Below are positions 1 through 8,473 of a stretch of DNA of 41,074 bases, in pieces. A program made the position numbers and the translations under genes. The stretch comes from a virus (lineage: Duplodnaviria; Caudoviricetes). The notes under the pieces are model-generated. The model did no database searches, was not told the DNA's origin, and worked only from the letters and a program-made list of their open reading frames with translations. Numbering within the stretch: position 1 is the first letter of the stretch; each line of letters begins with the position of its first letter. The stretch is taken from IMG/VR virus record IMGVR_UViG_3300011113_000340, positions 1 to 41,074 of that record. The stretch is one strand, 5' to 3'.

Positions 1-127
1 CGGTGGGGTACTCTATATGCATACGGGAACAGCCCAAGGGAACCAGTTGGGTTGCTGATGCGCAGAATAGCACCTGGAGTTTCTCCAGTAAACTGCCTGG
101 CTATATCTTCAGATAGGCTCGTTGACC
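1..127. repeat. 127-bp exact terminal direct repeat (copy 1); probable circular-assembly overlap
   Basis: Identical to 40948-41074; falls inside an ORF that reads through the join. Confidence 0.95.
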
Positions 128-506
128 CAAATCCCTTGTCAACGAAGGATTCACCTGGATTTAGGTTCAACAATGCCTGAACTTCTGGTTCATCCCTCAA
201 CCCACGAAAGGTGACTAAATCGTTCTCAAGCCTGGGCGCACGAACCATAGCCTCGTCAAGCATTGATATCAACTGTTGCGCACTCATAAGTGTTTCTGGG
301 TTTTCGGTTCTGTAGGTGCCGCGCAGCAGGGAGTTCACCAAAGAGTAATCCCCGCTTCCGCTGGTATATTTTTGTACAGCATCAAGAAACTCAGGAAATG
401 TTTCTCGCGTAAAGCCTCTAGAGCGTTGAGAGTTTAAGATGCGCGCAACATCGTCAAAAGACAATCCGCGTTTTGCAAACTCAAGCGCAAGTCTTTCAAT
501 GGCCAT
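1..506 (-). CDS. ADP-ribosyltransferase (VIP2/ExoS/T4 Alt-like R-S-E class), 5' part; continues at 40947..40836, 205 aa in total
   Basis: Manual translation from ATG at 506: MAIERLALEFAKRG...KYTSGSGDYSLVNSLLRG...LVTFRGL...FVDKGFGSTSLSEDIARQF...; EXE motif (DEMEYLVPRN) lies beyond the join. Confidence 0.88.
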   Translation of the reverse strand, partial: MAIERLALEFAKRGLSFDDVARILNSQRSRGFTRETFPEFLDAVQKYTSGSGDYSLVNSLLRGTYRTENPETLMSAQQLISMLDEAMVRAPRLENDLVTFRGLRDEPEVQALLNLNPGESFVDKGFGSTSLSEDIARQFTGETPGAILRISNPTGSLGLFPYAYRVPH

Positions 507-507
507 G

Positions 508-798
508 CTACCACTTCACCCTGTCGGCCCAGTAAGCAGCCGACATTTTACCTTTCGCAATGTTCGAGGCATGACGCGCCTTGAATGATTCGCGCCGCTT
601 GCGGTACGAGGCAGACTCACCAGCCTTACGGGGACTGCCGGATACACCCTGCTGCCCGAACCGGATGGTCTTCACCTTGTCGCCTTCTTTGGCTACAACG
701 ATGTGCGACTTCTTCGGGTGGTTTGGGGTGCGCTTCGGCTTGTTGAAACCGGACACGCCAGCCATGCGGAGCAGTGCCTGTTTACGGGCGGGGGTCAT
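508..798 (-). CDS. small, highly basic phage protein (KTIRFGQQG...RRESFKARH...SAAYWA type)
   Basis: 96 aa, Lys/Arg-rich, ATGA-coupled to upstream gene with GGAGG SD; motif recalled as common in aquatic phages. Confidence 0.8.
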   Translation of the reverse strand: MTPARKQALLRMAGVSGFNKPKRTPNHPKKSHIVVAKEGDKVKTIRFGQQGVSGSPRKAGESASYRKRRESFKARHASNIAKGKMSAAYWADRVKW

Positions 799-1298
799 AT
801 TGTCTGACCTCCAAAAAGTTTATACAAAGCATCAAATATAGCCGCGTTGCTTCTATGCATACCAGCAGCCCTGCGCAGCCTTGCTCGTTGTCTCCCCTTC
901 GTTATGCCCGCCATGGTATCATATTTTTTTGCTTGTTCAATGTGGTAAGTAGACAAATTTGGTGTATCATAGTTCAAAGCCCTAAATTGACCACGCGCAA
1001 CTGGTTCAAAATATTCGTCTACTTTGGAGGACAGTTCCGATACCTTGGCCTCAGACCAGGGCGTACGCCTACCACTGCCGTATGTTACCCTGTTGGAAAT
1101 ACCAGTTTGTACTGCCTCTGTCTCAAGGGCATTAATAAGTTTTCTAAACTCGGACACCGCCTCTGTTGGGTCAAGTTTCTTATCTAAACTGCGCAGAAGT
1201 TTTTCAAATGTTTCAGCGCCACCCTTTTTGAAGGCGCGCCCTGACTTAAGAAACTGCAAAGCCGTTTTGGCTGTACTTCCGTATAGATGTGGGGTCAC
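795..1298 (-). CDS. hypothetical protein, paralog of 21583..22098
   Basis: GTG start with GGAGG SD, coupled on both sides; full-length similarity to 21583..22098. Confidence 0.8.
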   Translation of the reverse strand: MTPHLYGSTAKTALQFLKSGRAFKKGGAETFEKLLRSLDKKLDPTEAVSEFRKLINALETEAVQTGISNRVTYGSGRRTPWSEAKVSELSSKVDEYFEPVARGQFRALNYDTPNLSTYHIEQAKKYDTMAGITKGRQRARLRRAAGMHRSNAAIFDALYKLFGGQTI

Positions 1299-1741
1299 GG
1301 CAGCACCTCCTTTACAAGCCTCTTATAAATCTTCATAACATTAGCCGACCATGGGTAAGGTTGCCCCTGATGTGGCCCACCGTCAGCAGTGTCAGCCGAA
1401 GCCCACTTCACCGAGCCACCAGGCCCCACATATTTGCCGTTCACCCATTTGCCTGTGGCGTGCAGTTTGCCGTCCGCAATATCAACAATCGTGGTCGCCT
1501 TGTTTTTAACCAGTATCTCGCAGGCCCGCTCCACCTGTCCCCTGACTCCAGCATACTTGTAGGTGGAGCCAGAGTCGTAGGAGCCGACACCGAGGCCGTT
1601 GCCTTTCAGGCCGTCGCCTTTGGTGAACCAGTGGGTTTCGGCCATGCCGATAGCGACAATCAGCAGGGGGTCAACGCCGTGCCTGCGGCAGATGCGGCGC
1701 ACCAGTTTCCAGTCGGCTTCGGGGATACCAGCGGGGGTCAT
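1295..1741 (-). CDS. lysozyme-fold muralytic enzyme (SLT/glucosaminidase-like)
   Basis: RRHGVDPLLIVAIGMAET (catalytic Glu after helix), GNGLGV, WASAD...WSANVMKIY. Confidence 0.7.
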   Translation of the reverse strand: MTPAGIPEADWKLVRRICRRHGVDPLLIVAIGMAETHWFTKGDGLKGNGLGVGSYDSGSTYKYAGVRGQVERACEILVKNKATTIVDIADGKLHATGKWVNGKYVGPGGSVKWASADTADGGPHQGQPYPWSANVMKIYKRLVKEVLP

Positions 1742-2373
1742 GGCATTCTCCTACCTGCGCGAGAAGCGCGGTCAAGTCTTCGAGCGGCATCAATCTTAGC
1801 AGCCAAAGGCATACCGCCTTGAAGGCCTTGGAGCAACTCTATGATGCCTGGCATTCTTGGGTCTACAGATAGGTCAGCGATGCGTTCGATATCGTCTCCA
1901 GATGCTGGCCGCAACTCACGAGTTAAACGCATAAACTCAGAACCAGCGTCAGGCAACCTAAGGTCGAAGACTCTACCAATATTAAGCGGTTCTGTAAGAA
2001 TGCGATAGGTTTGAGGGTCGATTAAGTCGCTTACTACTTCACCCCTCGCGGCATCCCCCGCGGCATCCCACGCGGCATCCCACGCGGCATCCCACGCGGC
2101 ATTCCTCGCGGCACCCCACGCGACATCACCCGCGGCATCCCACGCGGCATTCCTCGCGGCACCCCACGCGGCATCCAACGCGGCACCCCACGCGACATCA
2201 CCCGCGGCATCACCCGCGGCATTCGCCGCGGCACGCGCCCCGCCTTTACTCATCCCTGGAATAAAGTCAAGCAACGCCCGCACCTGTGCAGCGTTAGGAC
2301 CAAAGCGCGCAATATCCGCATCGGTGGCCTGCAAGATTTCAGGGAGCCACTGGATAAGTTTAGAGGTAGCCAC
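1738..2373 (-). CDS. hypothetical protein with AWDA-type tetrapeptide repeat insert
   Basis: GTG at 2373 preceded by AGGAGG; 211 aa; (A-A-W/G/R-D/G/N)n block. Confidence 0.75.
   Translation of the reverse strand: MATSKLIQWLPEILQATDADIARFGPNAAQVRALLDFIPGMSKGGARAAANAAGDAAGDVAWGAALDAAWGAARNAAWDAAGDVAWGAARNAAWDAAWDAAWDAAGDAARGEVVSDLIDPQTYRILTEPLNIGRVFDLRLPDAGSEFMRLTRELRPASGDDIERIADLSVDPRMPGIIELLQGLQGGMPLAAKIDAARRLDRASRAGRRMP
2045..2232. repeat. degenerate 12-bp tandem repeat (CGCGGCATCCCA-like), about 15 units, encoding AAWD
   Basis: 12-nt periodicity visible directly. Confidence 0.9.
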
Positions 2374-2917
2374 GGCTATCCTCCTGCTTCTTCTCCTTAA
2401 TACGCTGGCGGGTCCACTGGTACCAGTCGCACCACTCCGCCAGTTTCTGTGGCCAGATATGATGCGGCTCATACGGCATCGTCAACTTGATACCTTTCTT
2501 CATCTGCCCCACGGCGTACGCCACATGGTTCGAGCAAATCATCCGACCCTTATCATCAGCCCAACCGTTCACCTTGATACCCACCAGATGCAACACGATA
2601 CGGGCAATCTCACCCCAACCATATTTGCGCCCCACACAGTCCGCAGATGCAGCCAGAATCCTGCGCTGATGCAAATTGTTCTCCCACAACCGCACCACCT
2701 TGTTAGCAGGTTTAGTGCGGACACGGAACCGCAAGCCAGAAGGTCCGGCTTCTACCGTCCGCCAAGTCTTGTCATCCAACTTCTCGTGGTAAATAAACAC
2801 ATGACCGTACGCGCCCGTGGCGCGGCGAATCAGCCAGCCGCTGAAACCGACACCGCCATCAAACCCGATATCACCAGGTTCAATCTCGAACCAAGGAAGG
2901 CCACGAAGTTCATCCAC
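2360..2917 (-). CDS. permuted papain-like NlpC/P60 enzyme (YaeF/YiiX-like)
   Basis: PGDIGF, YGHVFIY (His), VEAG, VGRKYGW, ICSNHVA (Cys), IWP; His precedes Cys. Confidence 0.8.
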   Translation of the reverse strand: MDELRGLPWFEIEPGDIGFDGGVGFSGWLIRRATGAYGHVFIYHEKLDDKTWRTVEAGPSGLRFRVRTKPANKVVRLWENNLHQRRILAASADCVGRKYGWGEIARIVLHLVGIKVNGWADDKGRMICSNHVAYAVGQMKKGIKLTMPYEPHHIWPQKLAEWCDWYQWTRQRIKEKKQEDSRGYL

Positions 2918-3092
2918 CAGTCACCCACCTCCAGATACGGCGCAGCACACCAGCCTCCTCGATGGTGCCGAGCACTGGACGCGGGTATGAATCGGGACCG
3001 TAGGTGTTAATGCCAACCAAAGTGCCATCCTCGTTAGCGATGATAGCGACCGTAGTGCCGTCGTCTTTCTCAATAATGTCTACAATTATCAT
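2910..3092 (-). CDS. small hypothetical protein (possible tail-fibre-associated)
   Basis: ATGA overlap with upstream gene, GGAGG SD, 60 aa. Confidence 0.65.
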   Translation of the reverse strand: MIIVDIIEKDDGTTVAIIANEDGTLVGINTYGPDSYPRPVLGTIEEAGVLRRIWRWVTGG

Positions 3093-3667
3093 GACAACCT
3101 CCCCCAAGGTGCAGCCGTGCTGGCTGTGAAACTGTTAGCGGTCAACGGCAATGCCGTCTGACCTGACACCAAACCAGTAACCCGAGGGTCCAACACACTC
3201 AAGTTGTTCGGGATGAAACCGTTGTTGATGTAGATTGTCGGCTCGGTGCCTGTCGTGGTAACCAGCACACCGAGCGCGTAGCGTTGCCCAGCAGTCAGCA
3301 CATAGTCGGCAGGGAAGCCGCCGACAGTACTGAAACTTCTGGTGTAGTTCGTAAAAGTGGAGGTGAACAGGGATGTGTCAGATGCGGTGCGTGCAACCAA
3401 AGTGGCCGTAGTGCCATCAAAGGTGTACAGCCCCATCGCCGCGTAAGTGACACTTGTCGCCGCCGTACCAGCGGTAGCGACCATAACCTGAGAGACAGTC
3501 ATGCCAGTCAGGGGGGTGAAGAAAGTGAAGTAGCAGTTGCCTGTGGCAAAAGTTGCGTTCTGCGAGTTTACACGAGGACCAGTATCAACGGCGGTAGCCG
3601 AATAGTTTAGGCTGGACCGCAGTGTTGCGACAGATACATCACCAGCAAAGGTGTTGAAGAATCCCAC
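3089..3667 (-). CDS. putative virion/tail beta-sandwich protein
   Basis: 192 aa, Thr/Ala/Gly/aromatic beta-rich, next to tail genes. Confidence 0.65.
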   Translation of the reverse strand: MGFFNTFAGDVSVATLRSSLNYSATAVDTGPRVNSQNATFATGNCYFTFFTPLTGMTVSQVMVATAGTAATSVTYAAMGLYTFDGTTATLVARTASDTSLFTSTFTNYTRSFSTVGGFPADYVLTAGQRYALGVLVTTTGTEPTIYINNGFIPNNLSVLDPRVTGLVSGQTALPLTANSFTASTAAPWGRLS

Positions 3668-3673
3668 GGGGAA

Positions 3674-3934
3674 TCACCCCACAGTGGCGTACCGAAGTTG
3701 CCCGCCTGCACCTGAAGAGATTACCCAAAGTTCATCCCAACCTGCAAAGTTCAGGTCGGTCGGGAACTCGTATCCAACATTCGGTCCAAGCGGGATACCG
3801 TTAGCAGAAGTCACCCCGTTCGTATTACCAAAATACAAAGTGGTGGACCCATTGTTCACAACAACGGGTGTTTTGGCAGCGCCGACTGGCACCTTGACCG
3901 CTGTGGTTCCGACTGAAAGTGTTGCGTTTACCAT
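3674..3934 (-). CDS. small putative virion protein
   Basis: AGGAGG SD and late motif upstream; beta-rich 86 aa. Confidence 0.7.
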   Translation of the reverse strand: MVNATLSVGTTAVKVPVGAAKTPVVVNNGSTTLYFGNTNGVTSANGIPLGPNVGYEFPTDLNFAGWDELWVISSGAGGQLRYATVG

Positions 3935-3951
3935 GTCATATTCCTCCTATA

Positions 3952-3969
3952 TAAAGCCTCTGGTGGGGA
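3952..3969 (-). promoter_or_regulatory. late motif copy (TCCCCAC-CAG-AGGCTTTA)
   Basis: One of 8 same-orientation intergenic copies, directly 5' of an SD. Confidence 0.75.
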
Positions 3970-3971
3970 GC

Positions 3972-5876
3972 CTACTGGAAATACCGCGTTCCAATACGGC
4001 TTACGAACCAGGTGGTTCCGTTGTCAAAAGTGATGAACTTGAACCAGTCGGCTTCACCAGCATGGGGGGTAATGGTTAGCGTGGTTTGCGGCTGCTCAAT
4101 CATAGTGCCCCAAGTCAGGGTGTACGGGCCGCCGTCTCCTTGCTTGATGATGACGCTGATTTCGGAAGACTTGCCAGACAACCCTTCGCTGTAGAGCATC
4201 TGGGCATTCATGTCGGTGGGCAGGTTGAGGGTCGTGGCTCCAGTCATGGTCAGGTAGAAGTTGTTAGCGTACCCGACTTGAATCTCGTAGGTTCCAGAGA
4301 TGTCCTCTACAATTTGGTCAGACCAGTACCCACCCCAGGCTTTAGTAGTAGCGTACTCAAGGCTCAAAAACTCGGTTTGAGTATTGGTGACACCAAAACT
4401 TGATTCAACTGCGGTCAGGTCCACATACACATCGGTACCACCAATTTTGTTCGTGACCGACTCGAAATCCCCTGCACCATTGGCGCGGAGCAGGTCATCA
4501 AAGTTAGTAGTTGTCTTCTTCTCATAAAGAAGGTAGTTGCCGCTGTCATCAACCACATACCAGTCTCCGGCTTCGTTGCTTGGGAATGAGGTAGAGAACA
4601 CCACATTGGCAAGTGCAGTTCCCCAGTCCATACCAGGGATTGTGTTGTCAAACACCGCAGGGCCGTACAGTTCTTCGGCTACGGTATCAAACCAGAACCA
4701 CCCAGGCTGCCCGTCGTTGGCGGTAGGTGCCACGGCACCAGTCGCAAGAGTGCTCCATGCACGCTGCTCCCACAGGCGTGGAACAACGGTAAACTGTTCA
4801 GCGACAACCTCATCGATAGCAGCCTGCACATCTGTTGCAGAAAGGCCAGAGGTGCTTCCGTCGTAAGAAATTTCAGAAGCCTCATCGTGTGCGGCATACA
4901 CCTCGTCAATTGCGGCCTGTACATCAGTGGCGGTAAGTCCAGAAGTAATGTTGTCGTATGAGATTTCAGAGGCTTCGTTTTGTGCGGCAAGGCCGTCAGA
5001 GAGGTCTTGCACCAACTCATCAATTGCTGCTTGCACATCAGTCGCGGTAAGACCAGAAGTAATGTTGTCGTATGAGATTTCAGATGCTTCGTTTTGAGCA
5101 GCAAGACCATCGGACAAATCCTGAACCAACTCGTCAATAGCGCCCTGTACATCGGTGGCCGCCAAACCAGAGGTGGTGTTATCGTAGTCAATTTCGTCTG
5201 CTTCATCAAGTGCAGCATACACCTCATCGATGGCCGCTTGAACATCTGTAGCAGCAAGGCCAGAAGTGGAGTTGTCGTAAGATACGATGCCAGCCGTATG
5301 GGCTTCGACCGCCCACTCTTGAGCCATTCCATTCCATCTGATGATATCTCCGCCAGTTACAGGGTAGGTGTAACCAACGCTAAACAATGCTCTAAGGTCA
5401 CCTTGGTCATCAACTGGTGGCGCACCGTTAATAACAACAACATGTGTTATCACTGGATTTGCGTTAATAGCCGCTTCGATGCTTGCACTGTATGTGTATC
5501 CAGGTGCAGGTGGGGTTACTGGCCAGAATCCAGTGGTGATAATGCCAGCACCAATCTGGTTCCATGACCCAGATACCTTCTCATGTATGGTGTTGTTGTC
5601 GGCTTGAAAAGCATAGTCGCCGTCGGAGCCAGTTCCAGGGTTTGGGGTTGTCGGCTCAAACCAGAATATCGGGGATGCGGTCGGCGGGAACTCTGCAAGA
5701 AGGGTAAAAGTATCTACAACTGCATCGGTGTCAATCTGGACGGCATCGTCTACAAGGCCGTCTACGGTGCCGTCGATTTCGTCAATGGCCCCTTGGGTGG
5801 TGGTGGCCGAAAGTCCAGAGGTGGCATTGTTGTACTTCTGGTATTGGGCTTCGTTTCCTACTGTGCTGAAAAACAT
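3972..5876 (-). CDS. tail fibre/appendage protein with six YDNxTSGLxATDVQxAIDE repeats
   Basis: 634 aa, acidic, helical-stalk repeats, C-terminal fibre-tip-like segment (ISVIIKQGDGGPYTLTW...FITFDNGTTW). Confidence 0.7.
   Translation of the reverse strand: MFFSTVGNEAQYQKYNNATSGLSATTTQGAIDEIDGTVDGLVDDAVQIDTDAVVDTFTLLAEFPPTASPIFWFEPTTPNPGTGSDGDYAFQADNNTIHEKVSGSWNQIGAGIITTGFWPVTPPAPGYTYSASIEAAINANPVITHVVVINGAPPVDDQGDLRALFSVGYTYPVTGGDIIRWNGMAQEWAVEAHTAGIVSYDNSTSGLAATDVQAAIDEVYAALDEADEIDYDNTTSGLAATDVQGAIDELVQDLSDGLAAQNEASEISYDNITSGLTATDVQAAIDELVQDLSDGLAAQNEASEISYDNITSGLTATDVQAAIDEVYAAHDEASEISYDGSTSGLSATDVQAAIDEVVAEQFTVVPRLWEQRAWSTLATGAVAPTANDGQPGWFWFDTVAEELYGPAVFDNTIPGMDWGTALANVVFSTSFPSNEAGDWYVVDDSGNYLLYEKKTTTNFDDLLRANGAGDFESVTNKIGGTDVYVDLTAVESSFGVTNTQTEFLSLEYATTKAWGGYWSDQIVEDISGTYEIQVGYANNFYLTMTGATTLNLPTDMNAQMLYSEGLSGKSSEISVIIKQGDGGPYTLTWGTMIEQPQTTLTITPHAGEADWFKFITFDNGTTWFVSRIGTRYFQ
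4807..5280. repeat. five tandem coding repeats including a near-identical 111-bp (37-aa) duplication
   Basis: ELVQDLSDGLAAQNEASEISYDNITSGLTATDVQAAIDE occurs twice with synonymous differences. Confidence 0.85.
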
Positions 5877-5895
5877 GTATCCTCCGATATCTATC

Positions 5896-5913
5896 TATAG
5901 CCGCTGGTGGGGA
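5896..5913 (-). promoter_or_regulatory. late motif copy (TCCCCAC-CAG-CGGCTATA)
   Basis: Intergenic, upstream of GGAGG and ATG at 5876. Confidence 0.75.
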
Positions 5914-5916
5914 GGG

Positions 5917-7503
5917 CTATACTATCTCCCATCCAACAATCCTGGATTCTTGGTATGTGGTCTTGGCATCTACGATAGAGCCGGAACTATCCTTCTTTTC
6001 GTACAAAGCGGAACCAAACCATGCGTAGAGTTTGCTCCCCGATGCCGCCAGCCCACCCCAGGTTTCCCGTTGCCACTGGTTTTCAAACCCACCAGTGTCC
6101 CAGGTTGGGTCAGGTGCAACAAAGGCGCTGTAGTCTCCAGTGGCCAGCAAGGTGGCGGAGGTTTGCAGGGTGCCGCCGGACCCAGTTATTGTCCAAAGTG
6201 CTGGAATAATTACTGGACGAATACCACCACTTGGCGTGAAGGCTGGATAGCGGTCATACAGCATGGTGCCAAAATAGTCAGAGCGTATTGCCCCAAGCAC
6301 CGCAACAAAAGTAGAGCCTACGACAATACGAAACTCGTTCGGCATAGTAGGTACTGGAGTGTCAGTATAAATATCATCAATACCAGTTGGGTAGTTAAAG
6401 ATATCGTTTCTGGTGGTTCTCGTAGATGTAGAAAAATCAAACCCGTTCAGTTGTTGAGTCTGCTTTGAGGTGACTCCAACCTGAACAGAGTTGAACCAAA
6501 TAAGTTCACCATTGCTTGGCCGTATTCCCACGGTCCTGTTGTATCCAGCGACGAAATCTGGACGCGGGTCGCTCGGTCCAAAGGAGTATACTAATGTCCA
6601 AGTAGGCGACAAGGATGCTGATGCCTTATAAAGGTCGTCCCCGTCCATTGCCCACATGTACGAACCAGCGGCACTGAAACATTCATAAGTAGTGTTAGCA
6701 AATCCACTTCCAGCAGAAGGGTTAGTGATGGGACCAGACCATGTGCTGGTTGCTGGGTTGTACGCGTATCCCGTGCTGCTGAGCAGGTAGTCAGTTCCAG
6801 AGATAGTTACTTTATAAAGAAAGTTTGCCGTTATCAGCGGATAGTCTGGAGCGTTTGGAAGGTTAGCAACCTCCCGCTCGTCAGCATCATAGTATGTAGT
6901 GCCGAGGTTGGCATCATTAAAATCAAGTGCAAGTGGCCGCTGGTTTGTCCAGGAATCATAGTCTGCCACAAAAAGGTTAGAGTTGGATATATAGTACAGC
7001 CTGTTATCACCGAGCGAACGGGGAGCGGGGTTTGCAAGAAGTTCCCTGAAACTAATAGGAGGGGCTGGATAATGCTGTGCGGTAGTGGACGATGTTTGGT
7101 CATAGGACGCAATCACATCATACAGATAGTATGTAGCGTTAAGGGGTGGATTTGTGTCTGACGGGTTGCCCAAAAAGAACCACAAACCGTCAGCGCCAGC
7201 ACCAAGTTCGTCATCTGCGTCAACGATAAGGGGCGCAAACTGTGTGTTCTGGAATGAGGTAATTTGTCTATCAAATGTTGCAATCAATTGCGGTGAGGTA
7301 GTCAAACCATCAAGGTCAAGGAACATAGAAGATGGCGCAACATACGGAACGAACGGAGCCGGAATCGTTGGCGGTGCCGCGCTCGGAGCAACAGGCCTAC
7401 GCTCCAACTCGTTGTAAATGTAGCCAATCTCTTTCTCAATCTCCACATCTGGAATACCAAACACCACAAGGTTTCGGTCGTTAACTTTGCGAAAATCCGA
7501 CAT
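5917..7503 (-). CDS. putative tail spike/receptor-binding protein
   Basis: 528 aa, short N-terminal helix then beta/aromatic-rich body; more AT-rich than flanks. Confidence 0.6.
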   Translation of the reverse strand: MSDFRKVNDRNLVVFGIPDVEIEKEIGYIYNELERRPVAPSAAPPTIPAPFVPYVAPSSMFLDLDGLTTSPQLIATFDRQITSFQNTQFAPLIVDADDELGAGADGLWFFLGNPSDTNPPLNATYYLYDVIASYDQTSSTTAQHYPAPPISFRELLANPAPRSLGDNRLYYISNSNLFVADYDSWTNQRPLALDFNDANLGTTYYDADEREVANLPNAPDYPLITANFLYKVTISGTDYLLSSTGYAYNPATSTWSGPITNPSAGSGFANTTYECFSAAGSYMWAMDGDDLYKASASLSPTWTLVYSFGPSDPRPDFVAGYNRTVGIRPSNGELIWFNSVQVGVTSKQTQQLNGFDFSTSTRTTRNDIFNYPTGIDDIYTDTPVPTMPNEFRIVVGSTFVAVLGAIRSDYFGTMLYDRYPAFTPSGGIRPVIIPALWTITGSGGTLQTSATLLATGDYSAFVAPDPTWDTGGFENQWQRETWGGLAASGSKLYAWFGSALYEKKDSSGSIVDAKTTYQESRIVGWEIV

Positions 7504-7505
7504 AA

Positions 7506-8066
7506 CTACTGCACCCCCTCATACGCCAGCACAGCCTCAGGGATGTTATCGCCAGCCACATATACCAGATGCCACGGTTCCGACTTGAGTTCCCAAGCCC
7601 AACCATATCTGTCAGCGTTCTTCAGCAACCAATCGACCGCCTTTTTGTCGAGGGATTTGACTGGCCACTCAAAGGCCTCATCCCCATCTGCGTCGATTGC
7701 CAAGTCTAATGCCAATGCCCACCCGTGGTTGCTGGTGCCAGGCACGGCAGCCATGGCAGTTCGCGGGAGTTGGTACCATTTTTTGCCCTGCCAAGTCTTG
7801 GTGGGCCGACCAGGCAGTACATTGGTGGTATACCTTTGTTTAAACAACACCTCTTGTTGGTTGTATGTGCGGTATCCCTGCGAAATAGAAAGAAGTACAC
7901 CATCGTTCCACGCTGCAGCACGCATCGCGTGCCAAGCCCGAGCAGCAGTATGGTGCAACTGACCCGTCGGTTTGATAGAGCGCAGCAGTTTTCTCGACAG
8001 TATGCCGTTAGGGTGACCTCTCAGGTCATCCGGAAATACAGGTTTCTTGATGGGCAGGTTATCCAT
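7506..8066 (-). CDS. endolysin, peptidase M15 (VanY-like D-Ala-D-Ala carboxypeptidase fold)
   Basis: GYRTYNQQ, AAVPGTSNHGWALALD (SxHxxxxAxD), EPWH; likely start MDNLP at 8066. Confidence 0.9.
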   Translation of the reverse strand: MDNLPIKKPVFPDDLRGHPNGILSRKLLRSIKPTGQLHHTAARAWHAMRAAAWNDGVLLSISQGYRTYNQQEVLFKQRYTTNVLPGRPTKTWQGKKWYQLPRTAMAAVPGTSNHGWALALDLAIDADGDEAFEWPVKSLDKKAVDWLLKNADRYGWAWELKSEPWHLVYVAGDNIPEAVLAYEGVQ

Positions 8067-8439
8067 TAGCCTTGGGCCTCCCACCACGGCGACGCTGCAA
8101 CTCGTCTTCGAGGCGGCGCACATGGGCCTCAAGGTCAGCAACACGCGCCCGCAGGGCAGCGTTCTCAAGAGCGAGGGATTCGGTTTTAGCCAACTGTAGG
8201 CGGGCCACTTCCAACTCTTCTTTCGTAGAATAAAGTTCAGTGCGAAGCCATTCGATAGACTGGCCTTGGGCTTCCACCACCGTCTTCAAATTCCTGACCG
8301 CTTCCTCCAAGTCGAGCATAGTGTTGGACAGCAACCTGCCGACGGCGGCACGGGTTTTTGGGGAACGCAGCAGCCCAGCCAACAAACCAAGGACACCTGC
8401 CCCACCCCCGATGCTTACAATAATTTCCTGTAGTGTCAT
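8059..8439 (-). CDS. holin-like membrane protein (N-terminal TM + coiled coil)
   Basis: IIVSIGGGAGVLGLLAGLL then heptads; overlaps the endolysin start. Confidence 0.55.
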   Translation of the reverse strand: MTLQEIIVSIGGGAGVLGLLAGLLRSPKTRAAVGRLLSNTMLDLEEAVRNLKTVVEAQGQSIEWLRTELYSTKEELEVARLQLAKTESLALENAALRARVADLEAHVRRLEDELQRRRGGRPKANG

Positions 8440-8455
8440 AGTTCACATCCTCATA

Positions 8456-8473
8456 TAAAGCCGCAGGTGGGGA
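8456..8473 (-). promoter_or_regulatory. late motif copy (TCCCCAC-CTG-CGGCTTTA)
   Basis: Starts 1 nt after the stop of the 1664-aa gene; precedes the lysis genes. Confidence 0.75.

Noticed and set aside
795-830. Shared C-terminal '..LGG' on many late proteins as a sorting signal
   Set aside because: The GG codons often form the GGAGG/GGTGG SD of the coupled downstream gene, so this is not independent evidence; only the preceding amphipathic helix remains suggestive
2034-2234. MPRG-repeat ORF
   Set aside because: Alternative frame of the 12-bp repeat inside the real gene
4807-5280. Tail repeats as a DGR template/variable pair
   Set aside because: In-frame tandem repeats with synonymous differences; no reverse transcriptase present
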